This document shows, one piece after another, positions 38,880 through 49,721 of a stretch of DNA of 64,000 bases; position 1 is the first letter of the stretch; each line of letters starts with the position of its first letter. Location: NCBI GenBank assembly GCA_041690935.1, contig JBEPVP010000002.1, positions 5,718 through 69,717 on the forward strand. The letters run 5' to 3'. The DNA comes from Rhodanobacter sp. Lineage in GTDB: Bacteria; Pseudomonadota; Gammaproteobacteria; Xanthomonadales; Rhodanobacteraceae. The notes under the pieces were generated by a model. It did no database searches. It had not been told where the DNA came from and saw nothing but the letters and a program-made list of their open reading frames with translations. A program made the translations under genes and the position numbers.

Positions 38880-39578
38880 TCAGGGCACGCGCCTGAGCTG
38901 CAACACCAGCGCCACGGGCACCTCCAGCGCCTGTCGGTCGAAGTGCGCAGCGGCGGGAATATCGGCCGGGTCGAGCATCGGTTCCAGCACCCGCTCGATC
39001 ACCAGCCCGAGCGCTGCGCAGGTGGCGTGCCAGTCGCTGTAGAGGTGTGGCGTATGTCGCACGGCGTAGTGCTGGTCGCCGCATTTGAAATCGCGCAGCC
39101 AGCCGAGTGCATGCCCGATCGGGTGCACGTCGCTGCACAACACCATGCCGCCCGGCCGGGTCACCCGGCGCAGCTCGACCAGCGCCTGTTCCAGATTCTC
39201 GAGATGTCCGACCACCAGGCCGCACACCGTCAGGTCGGCCGAGGCATCCGGCAGCGGCAGCGCCGCCACGCTGCCCTGCACCAGCGCGATCGCCGCGTCA
39301 TGCCGGTGTCCGCGCAGCTCGGCGCCGGCGCGTTCCAGCATCTGCGCGGAAAGGTCCACGCCGGTCAGCCGTCGCGCGCCGCGGCGCAGCGCATGCAGCA
39401 GGTAGCGTCCACTGCCGCAGCCGGCATCGAGCACCGCCTGTCCCTGCAGTCCCGCCGGCATCAGCCCGAGCATCGCGCGCTCCTCGGCCTGCATCACCGG
39501 GTTGTGCGCATGCGCCGGATAACTGGCTGCCCACAGCGCATAGGCATCGACGGGTTGCAGCAGCTGCAGGCGCGACAT
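38880..39578 (-). CDS. class I SAM-dependent methyltransferase (BioC-like)
   Basis: VLDAGCGSGRY, GVDLS, LPLPD, RVTRPGG; start coupled to the amidohydrolase stop. Confidence 0.87.
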   Translation of the reverse strand: MSRLQLLQPVDAYALWAASYPAHAHNPVMQAEERAMLGLMPAGLQGQAVLDAGCGSGRYLLHALRRGARRLTGVDLSAQMLERAGAELRGHRHDAAIALVQGSVAALPLPDASADLTVCGLVVGHLENLEQALVELRRVTRPGGMVLCSDVHPIGHALGWLRDFKCGDQHYAVRHTPHLYSDWHATCAALGLVIERVLEPMLDPADIPAAAHFDRQALEVPVALVLQLRRVP

Positions 39579-40807
39579 CAGCCGTGGACCTCGGTGGTAA
39601 GCGCGTGCGTGCGCTGGTCTTGAACAACCACCCGCTCGAGTCCGGGTTCGAGCGCGAGTAGCGCCGGCTCGGCCAACTCCCGCGCCAGCAGCTTCGGCCG
39701 GCCGTCCAGCGTCACCGCCACCGCATCCACGCCAGCGGCCGCAAACCAGTGCGCAAAATCGGGATCGGCGATGCGCGGAACGCCGTCGCGCACCACGGCG
39801 CGAAGTTCGCTGCGCTCGCGGCCGACCAGGCTGTGCAGCGGATCGCCGCCGCGGTCCTCGACGATCACCAGATCCGCCGGTACGCCGGGCGCGAGGCTGC
39901 CGCGTTCCGGCAGCCGCAGGATGCGCGCCGCCTGGGTGGTGGCCAGCCCCAGCAACTCGCGGGCACCGAGTTCGCCGCGCGCGATGACACCGCGCATTTC
40001 CTCGAGCAGATCGCGCGCACCGCTGAGCCGCGAGTCGCTGCCTAGCGCCAGCCGGCCCGCCGCGCACAGGCGTCGCGGATCGAGCGTGCGCCCAAGCAGC
40101 GCATGGTTGCTGGCGGGACACCAGACCACGGCGGCGCCGCGGGCGATCACCCGATCGATGTCCGGCTCGCGCAGGCCCACGCCATGGATCAGCACGCTGT
40201 TCGCCGCCAGGCAGCCGAGCCGGTCCAGTTGTTCGAGCTCCGCCTGCGCGGTCGCATCGGTGCCCTCGGCGAGGTGGATCAGCCACGGCCACGCGGTGGG
40301 CGTGGCGGCGAAGCTGAGCTGCAGCGGCGGCCCATAACCGGGCCAGCCCGGCGCATAGCTCCAGCCGAAATCGCGCAGCAGCGCGACCGGGAAATCCGCC
40401 GCGTTCAGCGCCGGATGCCAGGGATCGTGATGCGCCACGCAGGTGGTGCCGGCCAAGAGGTTTTTCAGCGCGCCGTGACGCAGTCGCAACGCCTTCGGCA
40501 GCTGCAGCGCGGCGCTGACGCCGGGTTGACCGAAATGCGCCTGGAAGGCGGCGATCCAGGCATAGCTGTTGGGGAACGGCGCAGTAGTTTCCAGCGGCGG
40601 AATGGCGTTGACCTGCAGGTGATCGTGCGCATTGATCAGACCAGGGAAGACCAGGTGGTCGCGCAGGTCGACCCGATACGCGCGCGCGACTGGCGACGCG
40701 CCAATCCGCCCGGCGCGGATCGCCAACGGTGCACGCGAGCTACCGGCGGGCGTGATCGAGACCGCGCGACACAAGCTGGAATCCGTGCTGGCGGGGAAGG
40801 CGTCCAT
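39578..40807 (-). CDS. metal-dependent amidohydrolase (SAH/MTA deaminase-like superfamily)
   Basis: FPGLINAHDH (HxH), IHLAEG, IHGV, WCPASN, LGSDS, GSLAPG and ADLVI. Confidence 0.85.
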   Translation of the reverse strand: MDAFPASTDSSLCRAVSITPAGSSRAPLAIRAGRIGASPVARAYRVDLRDHLVFPGLINAHDHLQVNAIPPLETTAPFPNSYAWIAAFQAHFGQPGVSAALQLPKALRLRHGALKNLLAGTTCVAHHDPWHPALNAADFPVALLRDFGWSYAPGWPGYGPPLQLSFAATPTAWPWLIHLAEGTDATAQAELEQLDRLGCLAANSVLIHGVGLREPDIDRVIARGAAVVWCPASNHALLGRTLDPRRLCAAGRLALGSDSRLSGARDLLEEMRGVIARGELGARELLGLATTQAARILRLPERGSLAPGVPADLVIVEDRGGDPLHSLVGRERSELRAVVRDGVPRIADPDFAHWFAAAGVDAVAVTLDGRPKLLARELAEPALLALEPGLERVVVQDQRTHALTTEVHG

Positions 40808-40811
40808 GGAC

Positions 40812-41750
40812 TCAGCGCCGCTGCATCACGATCAGGAAATGATCGCCCATGTCGCGCAGCAGCGGCAGCGCGCCCAGGCGGTCATCGAGCCGGCCCAGGC
40901 GCTCGCACCAGCGACGGCGGCGACGGTAGTAATCCAGCAGGTACGGCGGTGGCATGAACAGGCTCAGCGCGCGATAGCCCGCCAGCGAAAAGTGTTCGGC
41001 GAAGGCACGGTAGAACTCGCGCGGCAGGTAGTAACGGGTCCAGATCGTGTGCTGGTTCATGCCCACCGCCGTGACCCCGCGCGCGGCGCGCACGCCGGCG
41101 CGCCGGAAGCGGCCGCGCAGTGCGTAGTGCCCCAGCTCCCACGGGCAGATCCGGCCGATCACCGAGAACACCAGCCGGCCGCCGGGTCGCAGCAGGCGCG
41201 CGCATTCGGCCGCCACGGCGTGCAGGTCCGGTGCGCAGTTCAGCGGACCGAAGTTCGAATAGATGCCGTCGAACGCATCGTCGAGCCGATCGAGCTGCTG
41301 CACCCCCAGATGCGCGGTGGTCACCCGCGATTGCAGGCCCGCGGCGGCGACGCGGGCGTGCGTGCGCTCGACCATCCGCGGCGACCAGTCGGTGGCGACG
41401 ACGTGGAAGCCGCGGCGGGCGAATTCAAGCGCGTCGAGGCCGGTGCCGCAGCCCAGGTCGAGCAGGCGCGATCCCATCGGGCACTCGCTGTGCACGGTAT
41501 CCCACAGGCTCAACCGCATGCGCTGGATCAGCTCGTTGTTGCCGCGCGGGCCGTCATAGTCGGCGGCGACACTGTCGAACGCGCGCTGCGTGTCCAGCAG
41601 CTGCGCCTCGTCCATCGGCGCACTGCGAGGGTGGCGGCCAGCGTCGCCGACGGGCGCCGCCCGTTCCCCGGTTTCAAACGTGTGTGGCGCACTCATGTCG
41701 ATCTCCGTTGCATGCGCGATGAACCCATGGCGGATCGCGACGTCTTTCAT
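40812..41750 (-). CDS. class I SAM-dependent methyltransferase
   Basis: AFDSVAADYD, LLDLGCGTG, FDGIYSNFG, LRPGG; start may be the downstream MSAPH. Confidence 0.87.
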   Translation of the reverse strand: MKDVAIRHGFIAHATEIDMSAPHTFETGERAAPVGDAGRHPRSAPMDEAQLLDTQRAFDSVAADYDGPRGNNELIQRMRLSLWDTVHSECPMGSRLLDLGCGTGLDALEFARRGFHVVATDWSPRMVERTHARVAAAGLQSRVTTAHLGVQQLDRLDDAFDGIYSNFGPLNCAPDLHAVAAECARLLRPGGRLVFSVIGRICPWELGHYALRGRFRRAGVRAARGVTAVGMNQHTIWTRYYLPREFYRAFAEHFSLAGYRALSLFMPPPYLLDYYRRRRRWCERLGRLDDRLGALPLLRDMGDHFLIVMQRR

Positions 41751-41796
41751 GGATCCTGTCGGTGAGTGCCGGTGGCGGCCACTTTGGTTGAATCAC

Positions 41797-42639
41797 CTAC
41801 CCCTGCATCCGGCGTCGCACGAGGTTCCTCGTGATCGCCGCCAGCGCGCCCAGCAGGATGCCCGCCAGCAGGCCGACGCCCACGATCAGCACCGTGTTGG
41901 GAAACGCCCGTTGACGGGGCACATAGATCGGCCACGGCATCGATGTTTCATACGTGTAGGTCGGGCTGAGGCGATCGAGCAGATCGCTGCGCTCGCGCTG
42001 CAGGCCACGCACCTCCTGGTTCTTGCTGGTGAGCAGCATGTTTGCCAGCAACGTATTGGTCGGGCTTTTGCTGGCGCTCTCGCCCTGGTTCGCGGACGCG
42101 GCGGCCTGTTGCATGCGATCGCGTTCGGCCAGGGCGCCCTGCAGATCGGCGTCGACCTGCGCAAGGTGCGCGCGCGCCGACTTCAGCGGCAACGCTTCGA
42201 GCGGTTGCTGCACCTCGCGCAAGCGGTTGACCGTCGCCATGGCGAGCCGGCTGGCCAGCTCGGGCGAGTTCGCCCGCAAGGTTATCCGGATCAACGGGCC
42301 CGCGTAGGGCAGCGGCTCCAGTTTCAGGCTCTTGCGGTACAGCGCGGCCTCGGGCGAATCGTCGGCAAAGCCGGCACTCTTCAGTATCTCGTTTTTGAAC
42401 GGCACCAGATTCAGGCGTTCGATGACGCGCTGTAGCGGTTCGGTTTTCGAGTCCTGCCCCGCCGGCACCTGCCCGACCTGGCCCAGCTGTATCCAGGCGG
42501 TCGCCTCCCATTCGCGTGTGGCGAAATGCGCGAAGGCGAGCGCGCCGGCCACGGCCAGCACCAGCCACGCGATGAACCAGCGCCACTCGCGGACGAAGAT
42601 CCGCCAGAGGTCGATCAAATAGACTTCATCTTGTTCCAT
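41797..42639 (-). CDS. wzz: Wzz-type polysaccharide chain-length determinant
   Basis: N-terminal DEVYLIDLW plus TM, coiled-coil centre, Pro-rich segment before a C-terminal Gly-rich TM. Confidence 0.75.
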   Translation of the reverse strand: MEQDEVYLIDLWRIFVREWRWFIAWLVLAVAGALAFAHFATREWEATAWIQLGQVGQVPAGQDSKTEPLQRVIERLNLVPFKNEILKSAGFADDSPEAALYRKSLKLEPLPYAGPLIRITLRANSPELASRLAMATVNRLREVQQPLEALPLKSARAHLAQVDADLQGALAERDRMQQAAASANQGESASKSPTNTLLANMLLTSKNQEVRGLQRERSDLLDRLSPTYTYETSMPWPIYVPRQRAFPNTVLIVGVGLLAGILLGALAAITRNLVRRRMQG

Positions 42640-42649
42640 GATCCTGGAC

Positions 42650-43828
42650 TCACTGGCGGGAGGGCGAAGAGAGGACGTGCACGGTGGCCGTAGGCGCATC
42701 GCGCGGCGGTGTGGCCGACCTTCGATTCGGCAGCCATGCGGCGAACAGCTGCATGACCAGACAAATGCCGATGAAGCCGACGTTCGTCCACGTGTAGGCT
42801 TGCGGCGCGAACGGCGACATCACGCAGACGTAGGAAACGCGCAGGAAGATCAGCAGGTGGAACAGCGGGATCGTCGGGCGCAGACGCCGCACGCTCCACA
42901 GCAAAATGGCGTACAGCGCGAGGATCGAGAGGATCGCGCCGAACGCGCCCCACGCCAGCAGGAACGGGAAGAATTCCGTGCCCACGTTGATGGTCGGCGC
43001 GTCCAGCGGAATATCCGTGCCAGCGGTGGCGACCGATCCACTCAGCGGCACCAGCTGGTTGATCAGGAAGCTGCTGTTGGAATAGTGCTTGGCCAGCATC
43101 GCGGCGAAGTTGTAGGGGCCGGCGGTGATGTACAGCAGCAGCCATTTGATGCCCTGCGGAGCGGCGCGATACATGCCGCTGAACGGCAGCGTGATCGAAT
43201 CCAGCGGCCCCGAGCGCAGCATGCCGAGCAGCGAAAATGCACTGATGCCCGCCAGCGCCAGCAAGCTGATGGTCTTCCATGGCCACGGCCTGGCCTCGTC
43301 CCGGCGCAACACGATGACCAGGGCGAACGAGAACACGGTGGCGAACAGCCGGTTGCGGTCGATCACCAGCAGCGGAAAGATGCAGCCGATGGCGATCAGC
43401 GTGTTGCGTAGCCACTTGCTGCGGGTGCACAGCAGTCCGATCGGCGGCAGCACCCAGCACATGTCGGAAATGTGCCGCACATGTTCGCGGCCACCCTCCA
43501 TGTTGGCGTAGGCCGACGGATTGTCGAACAGCGGAATCGGAAACAGCGTGAGATCGAGCAGGCAGGCCAGCACCACCACGCCGGCAAACACCAGCGCGAC
43601 AAACGATTCGCGGCGGCCGACATAACGCCGCGCACGGAACTGCGCGAACTCCGGCAGCCTGATCCCCGCAAACACGTCGAACAGCACGATCCCCGCCCCG
43701 ATCACGGTCAGCAGGAGGATGCCCTCCAGGTAGCCCGCCGGCAGCTCGTAGGTGAGCAAGGTGAACGCACAGGCCAGCACGATCGGCAGGCCAAGCCAGG
43801 TCGAGGGCAGGCGCAATAGACGCTTCAT
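42650..43828 (-). CDS. putative Wzy oligosaccharide-repeat polymerase
   Basis: About 10 hydrophobic segments; INVGTEF-type loop motif; located between GT2 and wzz. Confidence 0.6.
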   Translation of the reverse strand: MKRLLRLPSTWLGLPIVLACAFTLLTYELPAGYLEGILLLTVIGAGIVLFDVFAGIRLPEFAQFRARRYVGRRESFVALVFAGVVVLACLLDLTLFPIPLFDNPSAYANMEGGREHVRHISDMCWVLPPIGLLCTRSKWLRNTLIAIGCIFPLLVIDRNRLFATVFSFALVIVLRRDEARPWPWKTISLLALAGISAFSLLGMLRSGPLDSITLPFSGMYRAAPQGIKWLLLYITAGPYNFAAMLAKHYSNSSFLINQLVPLSGSVATAGTDIPLDAPTINVGTEFFPFLLAWGAFGAILSILALYAILLWSVRRLRPTIPLFHLLIFLRVSYVCVMSPFAPQAYTWTNVGFIGICLVMQLFAAWLPNRRSATPPRDAPTATVHVLSSPSRQ

Positions 43829-44790
43829 GCTTGCTCCACGCGCGAGGGCGCGGACGGAAACCTGACCTTCGCCACCGTCACCAGCGCCAGGTAGGCCCCC
43901 AGGTGCAGCAGCAGCGGCCACAGCCGCCGCTCCAGAAACGAAACCTTGGCGCCGATGTAGTGCGCCTGCGCCCGGAGCAAGGTGCGGTACGGCTCCTCGA
44001 ACAGGTCCACCTTGCGCGTCGCGACAATCTCCGACTCGACCAGATGGATGATGCGGGTGGCGGTGTGCCGCGTCTTGCTGAGGTTGCTGCCATGGATGCG
44101 ATACGCACAGACACGGACGTCGATGAAGCCCAGCGCGTTGTGCGCCGCCAGGCCGAGAAAAAGATCCCAGTCATCGATGCGCAGGCCTTCGCTCCAGCGG
44201 GTGATGGTGTCGAGCGCATCCTTCCTGATCAGGGCCACCGGCCCGCCGACGGCCCAATGCCGGATGATGGCGCGACGGATGCCGTCATCGGATCGATAGA
44301 GGCGTTTGTCGGCACCGTGCAGATCGCACATGCCGCTGTCGTGGAGCTTGTTGCCGTCCGCATCGACCACGATGGAATCACCAATCACCGCGCGCTTGCC
44401 CGGATGCGCCTGCAGATAGCGGACCTGCGCCTCCAGGCCACCGGGCAACAGATAGTCGTCGCTGGCGCCCGGGCGCAGCAACTGCCCGTGCGCACGCACC
44501 GCCAGTTCGTTCAAGGTCGCCGCGATGCCCTTGTTCTCCCGGCGCACGTACTGGATGGGCAGCCGGCCACGATGGCGCGCGACCCATTCGTCGATCACCT
44601 CGCCAGTGCGGTCGGTCGAGCCGTCATCGATGATGACCAGCTCCTTGGCCGGATACGGATCTTCCAGCACGCTGTCCAGGCAACGCTCCACGAAGCGCTC
44701 ATGGTTGAACGCGGGGATGAGCACGGAAACCAGCGGCGTCGCCGCCGCGTCCATCGATGCGTCGCCGGCCGTCATCGCGCCTGCCGTCAT
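43825..44790 (-). CDS. GT2 glycosyltransferase
   Basis: VSVLIPAFNH, IIDDGSTD, ASDD, DDWD, YRIHGSN. Confidence 0.9.
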   Translation of the reverse strand: MTAGAMTAGDASMDAAATPLVSVLIPAFNHERFVERCLDSVLEDPYPAKELVIIDDGSTDRTGEVIDEWVARHRGRLPIQYVRRENKGIAATLNELAVRAHGQLLRPGASDDYLLPGGLEAQVRYLQAHPGKRAVIGDSIVVDADGNKLHDSGMCDLHGADKRLYRSDDGIRRAIIRHWAVGGPVALIRKDALDTITRWSEGLRIDDWDLFLGLAAHNALGFIDVRVCAYRIHGSNLSKTRHTATRIIHLVESEIVATRKVDLFEEPYRTLLRAQAHYIGAKVSFLERRLWPLLLHLGAYLALVTVAKVRFPSAPSRVEQA

Positions 44791-46040
44791 CACAGCGCCC
44801 CCAGATAGCGTCGCGCGACCAGCACATTGAAGGCGAGATACAGCAGATAGTTGAGCGCGAACGCGTACATCGCGCCGACCAGGCCGAAGTGCGCGGTAAA
44901 CGCGTAGACCAGGGCCAGATAGCTGAGCGCAAATACGCATTCGGAGATCACGAACAACCGCGTCATCGCCTTGGCCAGCATCAGGTAGGACAGGATGAAG
45001 GCGGCGATCTTGATCACGTCGCCGACCAGCTGCGGGCCGTACAAGACGTTGGCGGACGCGAAGTCCGCGCTGAACAGCACGCGCGTCACCCAACCCCTCA
45101 AGACGTAAACCATGGCCGCCAGCGCGACGACGGCAGGCAACAGGTAGCGGAACGCCTTGCGCAGCTCGAACGCCAGCGCGGCGCGATCGTGGGTCGCGGC
45201 CAGCTTGGGCAGGTAGTAGATGTTGATCGCGGTGGTGAGGAACAGCAGATACGCATCCGACACCTTGCTCACCGCCTGCCAGTAACCGACCTGCTGCCAG
45301 CCGAAGCGCAGCGCCAGGTGGTCGCGCACCGCGATGTTGATCAGGGGCGGCAGCAAGGCGGAGCTGAGCGTCATCACCGAGAAGGCCGCGAGCCGCCGGG
45401 TCATCTCGCGGTCGAACTGCATGCGCAGCATGCTGCGGCGGAAATACGGGCTGCGCCACCACGCCGGCAAGCCGACCACCAGCCACAGCAGTTGGCCCAG
45501 CACCAGCGCCAGCAGCGCGCCGTACAGATGCAGCCAGCGCGACAGCCAGATCACCAGCACGATGCCGAAGAACGATCCGATCACCTGGATGAAAGCAAGC
45601 CGGCGCACGTCCATGAAGCCGTTGATCACCGCCAGCACATAGTTGAGCAGCGCAATGCCCAGCTGGGCGACAGCGAGCACGCGAATCAGGTTGGCGTAGC
45701 CGGGATCGCCCAGCAGCGCGATGGCAAGCTGCCGACTGAACAGGAACGCAGCGCAGCCCATCAGGCAGGATGCGCAAAACGCGTACCACAGCGCCGCGCC
45801 GAGCAGGCGCGACAGCTTCTGCGCATCGTCGCGGTATTCGGCGACATACTTCACGATGGCGGCGCTGATGCCGCCGCCGGCCAGCACCGCCAGCAGCGAC
45901 ATCAGACCCATGAACTGGCCGAGCTTGCCCACGCCCTCGGGCCCGGCAAACCACGCCACCAGCTTGAGCACGACCAGACCCGCCAGCAACCGCGCCGCGG
46001 TGGCGATGGAGGTATAAAAACCGGCACGCACGATGTTCAT
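44790..46040 (-). CDS. wzx: Wzx O-unit flippase (WzxE-like)
   Basis: About 12 TM; [41 protein letters not shown]. Confidence 0.85.
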   Translation of the reverse strand: MNIVRAGFYTSIATAARLLAGLVVLKLVAWFAGPEGVGKLGQFMGLMSLLAVLAGGGISAAIVKYVAEYRDDAQKLSRLLGAALWYAFCASCLMGCAAFLFSRQLAIALLGDPGYANLIRVLAVAQLGIALLNYVLAVINGFMDVRRLAFIQVIGSFFGIVLVIWLSRWLHLYGALLALVLGQLLWLVVGLPAWWRSPYFRRSMLRMQFDREMTRRLAAFSVMTLSSALLPPLINIAVRDHLALRFGWQQVGYWQAVSKVSDAYLLFLTTAINIYYLPKLAATHDRAALAFELRKAFRYLLPAVVALAAMVYVLRGWVTRVLFSADFASANVLYGPQLVGDVIKIAAFILSYLMLAKAMTRLFVISECVFALSYLALVYAFTAHFGLVGAMYAFALNYLLYLAFNVLVARRYLGAL

Positions 46041-47176
46041 GCCGGACACTCGAACGCATTGCAGGCCGCGATGACCCGCTCCACCGCATCCTCGCCCAAG
46101 GTCGGCCCGATCGGCAGGCTCAGCACTTCATCGTGCAGGCGCTCCGTCAATGGCAGGTCGACGCCGCTCAGGGAAACATAGGCTGGCTGCCGGTGTGGCG
46201 GCACCGGGTAGTGCACCTGGCTGTGGATGCCGTGCGCCAGCAGATGACGCTGCAGCTCATCCCGGCGCGGACAGCGCACCACGAACAGATGCCAGGCGTG
46301 CTGCTCTTCCTGCGTCACCACTGGCAAGCGGATCTGCGAGTGACAGATGCCCTCGCGGTAGCGGCGCGCCACCCGGCGGCGCCATGCGACGTCCGCGCCG
46401 AGCCACGGCAGTTTCACCCGCAACATCGCAGCCTGCATTTCATCCAGCCGCGAGTTGAGGCCCTGGAACAAATGGTGATACTTCACGTCGGAGCCGTAAT
46501 TGCGCAGGGCCGCGACACGCTGCGCCAGGATCGGGTCATCGGTGACCACCGCGCCGCCGTCGCCGAGCGCGCCGAGGTTCTTGGCGGGGAAAAAACTGAA
46601 GGCCGCGGCGTGCCCGAATGCGCCGGCCCTGCGTCCCTCGCTGCTCGCCCCATGCGCCTGCGCCGCGTCCTCGATCAGCAGCAGCTGGTGGCGCCGGGCC
46701 AGCGTGGCCAGCGCCGGCATGTTCGCCAGCTGGCCATACAGATGGACGGCCATGATCGCGCGCGTGCGCGGCCCGATGGCCGCTTCCACGCATGCCGGAT
46801 CGATGTTGAAACTTGCCGCGTCGGGTTCCACCGGCACCGGCACCAGCCGGTTTTCGGTGATCGCCAGAAAGCTGGCGATGAAGGTATTGCCGGGCACGAT
46901 GACCTCGTCGCCCTCGGCGATGGCGCCGAGCTCCTTGTAGCCACGCAGGATCAGCGACAGCGCATCCAGCCCATTGCCGGTGCCCACCGCGTGGCGCACG
47001 CCGCAATAGGCGGCGAATTCGTTCTCGAACGCCACCAGTTCCTCGCCCAGCACATACCGTCCCGAATCGATCACCCGCGCGGCCGCCGCCTTCAACTCGT
47101 CGGCATGGCGCGCGTTGATTTCGCGGGCATCGAGGAACGGCACGTCCATCAGCTCATTCTCAACAGTCACTTCCAT
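46037..47176 (-). CDS. fdtB: DegT/DnrJ/EryC1 aminotransferase (FdtB/QdtB-like dTDP-3-amino-3,6-dideoxyhexose transaminase)
   Basis: [38 protein letters not shown] (PLP Lys), [10 protein letters not shown]; start 47176 or 47149. Confidence 0.85.
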   Translation of the reverse strand: MEVTVENELMDVPFLDAREINARHADELKAAAARVIDSGRYVLGEELVAFENEFAAYCGVRHAVGTGNGLDALSLILRGYKELGAIAEGDEVIVPGNTFIASFLAITENRLVPVPVEPDAASFNIDPACVEAAIGPRTRAIMAVHLYGQLANMPALATLARRHQLLLIEDAAQAHGASSEGRRAGAFGHAAAFSFFPAKNLGALGDGGAVVTDDPILAQRVAALRNYGSDVKYHHLFQGLNSRLDEMQAAMLRVKLPWLGADVAWRRRVARRYREGICHSQIRLPVVTQEEQHAWHLFVVRCPRRDELQRHLLAHGIHSQVHYPVPPHRQPAYVSLSGVDLPLTERLHDEVLSLPIGPTLGEDAVERVIAACNAFECPA

Positions 47177-48108
47177 CAGAGCGGCCACTCGTAGACATCG
47201 TGCACGACTGCGCGCGCGCCGAAATATTCCTTCTGCGCGACCAGGCCGTGGTTGAGCACCCGGCCTTCCTGCTCGGTCGAAATGCCGAAGCTGAAGTAGC
47301 GCCGGCTCGCGTAGATGCCACCGATCAGTTCCGCCAGCAGGACACTGAGCGCGTCCAGGCGCCGCCCTTCCTCCGATACGGCCATGTACTGGGTGTGTGC
47401 CACCCGGCCGAAATCGTAGACAAGCACACCTGCCAGCAACGCGCCTTCGCGACGCGCCTCATGCAGCACGATCTGCTGCGGGAAGCGCGCCTGCAGCAGG
47501 CGCAATTCCTGCAGGCTGTGGGTCGGCGCCACAGCGTGTTTGTGCAGGGCGGCGGCAAGCAGGCCGTGGAACTCCGCGAGATCCCCACCGGCCTGGCATC
47601 GGACGCCCGCCTTGCCGGCCTTGCTGACGGCGTGCCGGCGCCCTTGCGTGAAGCCCATCGTTTCCTGCAGCGGAATCACCGAGGAGAGATCGCGGCGCTT
47701 CAGCTGCGCGCCCAGCCGGTGCAGGGCATACAGATCCTCTTCGGCGGGGTAGGCATGAAACACATGCGGCACCGCCTTGTAGACGAGGCGTTTCACGCCG
47801 AGCGCACGATAGTGCTGGCCGATCTGCTCGAACACCGCCAGCGTGGATTCGGCGCGCAAGGCATGGCCGGTTATGAGCCCGGCATAGGTAAGGCCGGCGT
47901 GACTGCTTACCAGCTCACCCTGGATATTCGCCGGGAACACCGCCGCGACCTCGCCGTTGCGCTCGACCAGCAGCGAGCCGTCGACGAAGCGGTCGGCGTG
48001 GTAGTCCATGTAGCCGCGCCGATGCAGCAGGTTGCCGTTGCGGGAGCGCTCGACCAGCGCATCCCAGGCGTCCGCATCGGCCGGCGTGTAGGGCCTAAGC
48101 GTGAACAT
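47176..48108 (-). CDS. GNAT/FemAB-like acyltransferase
   Basis: [28 protein letters not shown] and KEYFGA, a pattern typical of GNAT proteins in O-antigen loci. Confidence 0.7.
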   Translation of the reverse strand: MFTLRPYTPADADAWDALVERSRNGNLLHRRGYMDYHADRFVDGSLLVERNGEVAAVFPANIQGELVSSHAGLTYAGLITGHALRAESTLAVFEQIGQHYRALGVKRLVYKAVPHVFHAYPAEEDLYALHRLGAQLKRRDLSSVIPLQETMGFTQGRRHAVSKAGKAGVRCQAGGDLAEFHGLLAAALHKHAVAPTHSLQELRLLQARFPQQIVLHEARREGALLAGVLVYDFGRVAHTQYMAVSEEGRRLDALSVLLAELIGGIYASRRYFSFGISTEQEGRVLNHGLVAQKEYFGARAVVHDVYEWPL

Positions 48109-49048
48109 CGGCGTCACCGTCGAAGCGGGCGCCGCCAACCTCGGCCACGCCGAATCCATCCACGCCCATGTCGTTGCCGTTGTAGAACATCAGCAGCTTG
48201 TCGCGCTGGCGGATCAGCGCGGGATAGCAGATCACCCGCGAATCCCAGCCGCTGGCGGAGAGGGTCAGGCCCAGTGTTTCGTCGCAGCGTTCCCAGGCGA
48301 TGCCGTCATCGCTGCAGGCCATGCCGGGGAAGTATTCGCCGGTGATATTGCCGCGCGTGAAGTACATGACGTACTTGCCACCGAGTCGGTAGACGCGCGG
48401 CCGGCCGATCCGGTACTCGCTGCCGCGCGGCCGCAGGCAGACCTGGTCAAGCCGCGGCAGGGCGCTCAGATCGTCGGTCTCCACATGGCGGATGTGGTAG
48501 CGCGGAAACGGCTGGCCGCCGATGCTTTCCCAGTCATCGCCCACCGCGTACCACAGACGCCAGCGGCCGTTGTCATGCATCACCGAATGCACCGCGCCGA
48601 TGGTGCTGCGGCCGGGCGCGCGATCGAGGATGGGGGTTTCCCGGGTGCGCTGAAAGCGGTTGCCGCCATCGGTGGAAATGGCCAGGCCGGTGAAGGCCAG
48701 GAACTTGGCTCGGGCCACGCGCTGGAAGCCGACATAGAACATGTGCAGGCCGCCCGGCGCGTCGACGACATCGCCCAGGATCACACCGTTGTCGTCGAAA
48801 CAGCCGCCGCGGCCGATGTCGAGCACCGGTTCGGCGCTGACCTGCACGATGACGGACGGATCGTCGGCGCGCACGTCGACGTAGCCGATCCGGCTGACGC
48901 CGTCGGCATCGCGGAAGCCCGCGTAGACGCGGATCAGCTCATCGTCGAGCCGGTACGGAGTCGGCGTGAGCGCCGAATGCTGCATCCAGCCGCCCACGCC
49001 ATGCCGCGCGGTTTCGAACACCAGGCCTTTCTTGATCCATGCGGACAT
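48095..49048 (-). CDS. putative five-bladed beta-propeller glycosidase-like protein (GH32/43/130 clan-like)
   Basis: Repeated blades with Asp-box-like ISTDGG and CSDDGIAW, FDDNG, YPAL, MFYNGN; no signal peptide. Confidence 0.55.
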   Translation of the reverse strand: MSAWIKKGLVFETARHGVGGWMQHSALTPTPYRLDDELIRVYAGFRDADGVSRIGYVDVRADDPSVIVQVSAEPVLDIGRGGCFDDNGVILGDVVDAPGGLHMFYVGFQRVARAKFLAFTGLAISTDGGNRFQRTRETPILDRAPGRSTIGAVHSVMHDNGRWRLWYAVGDDWESIGGQPFPRYHIRHVETDDLSALPRLDQVCLRPRGSEYRIGRPRVYRLGGKYVMYFTRGNITGEYFPGMACSDDGIAWERCDETLGLTLSASGWDSRVICYPALIRQRDKLLMFYNGNDMGVDGFGVAEVGGARFDGDADVHA

Positions 49049-49055
49049 GCGCTCC

Positions 49056-49721
49056 TCAAAGCCTCACGTCGAAGCTGGACCGGTTGGGCAAGGCGCGGGC
49101 CGGCGAGCCGACGTAGACGCGCGCCGGCTCGGTGTCGCGCGTGACCAGCGCGCCGGCGCCGATCACATTGTCGGGCGCGACTTTCACGTGGTCGTTGAAG
49201 CTGGCGTTCACCCCGATGAAGGTGTTTTCGCCGATCTCGCAGTAGCCTGAAATAACCGCGTGCGAGGCGACGAACACGTTGTCGTGCAGCGCCGTGCGAT
49301 GCCCCACGTGGTTGCCGCTCCACAGCACGCAATTGTTGCCGATGCGCACGAATGGCTGGATCACGTTGCCTTCGAAGATGAAGCAGTTCTCGCCCAGTTC
49401 GGCGTTGCGCCAGACGAAGGCATGCGTGCTGACGTAGGTGGCGAAGCGGTAGCCCCGGCGCTTCGCATCCAGGTACAGGCGCGTGCGCAGGCGATTGAGC
49501 TGGCTGGCCGGGATAGCGACAAACACGTCGACGTCCGCCGGCGGGTACTGCGCCTCCAGCGTCTCGTAGGCCACCACGGGACGGCCCGCCAGCGTTGCCT
49601 GGTCGAGGTAGTCGCGTTCGACGCTGAAAGCGACCACGTCACGGTCGCTGTCGTGTTCGAAGTATTCGCAGGCGATCTGCGCGAACTCGCCCGCCCCGAT
49701 CAGGACTAGCGGCTTTGACAT
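49056..49721 (-). CDS. hexapeptide-repeat sugar acetyltransferase (NeuD/PglD-like)
   Basis: LIGAGEFA Rossmann start; left-handed beta-helix hexapeptides (LGENCF, IGNNCV, IGENTF); YVGSPAR. Confidence 0.85.
   Translation of the reverse strand: MSKPLVLIGAGEFAQIACEYFEHDSDRDVVAFSVERDYLDQATLAGRPVVAYETLEAQYPPADVDVFVAIPASQLNRLRTRLYLDAKRRGYRFATYVSTHAFVWRNAELGENCFIFEGNVIQPFVRIGNNCVLWSGNHVGHRTALHDNVFVASHAVISGYCEIGENTFIGVNASFNDHVKVAPDNVIGAGALVTRDTEPARVYVGSPARALPNRSSFDVRL

Noticed and set aside
44761-44790. Duplicated start [10 protein letters not shown] in GT2
   Set aside because: Trivial 15-bp imperfect duplication that only makes the start codon ambiguous.
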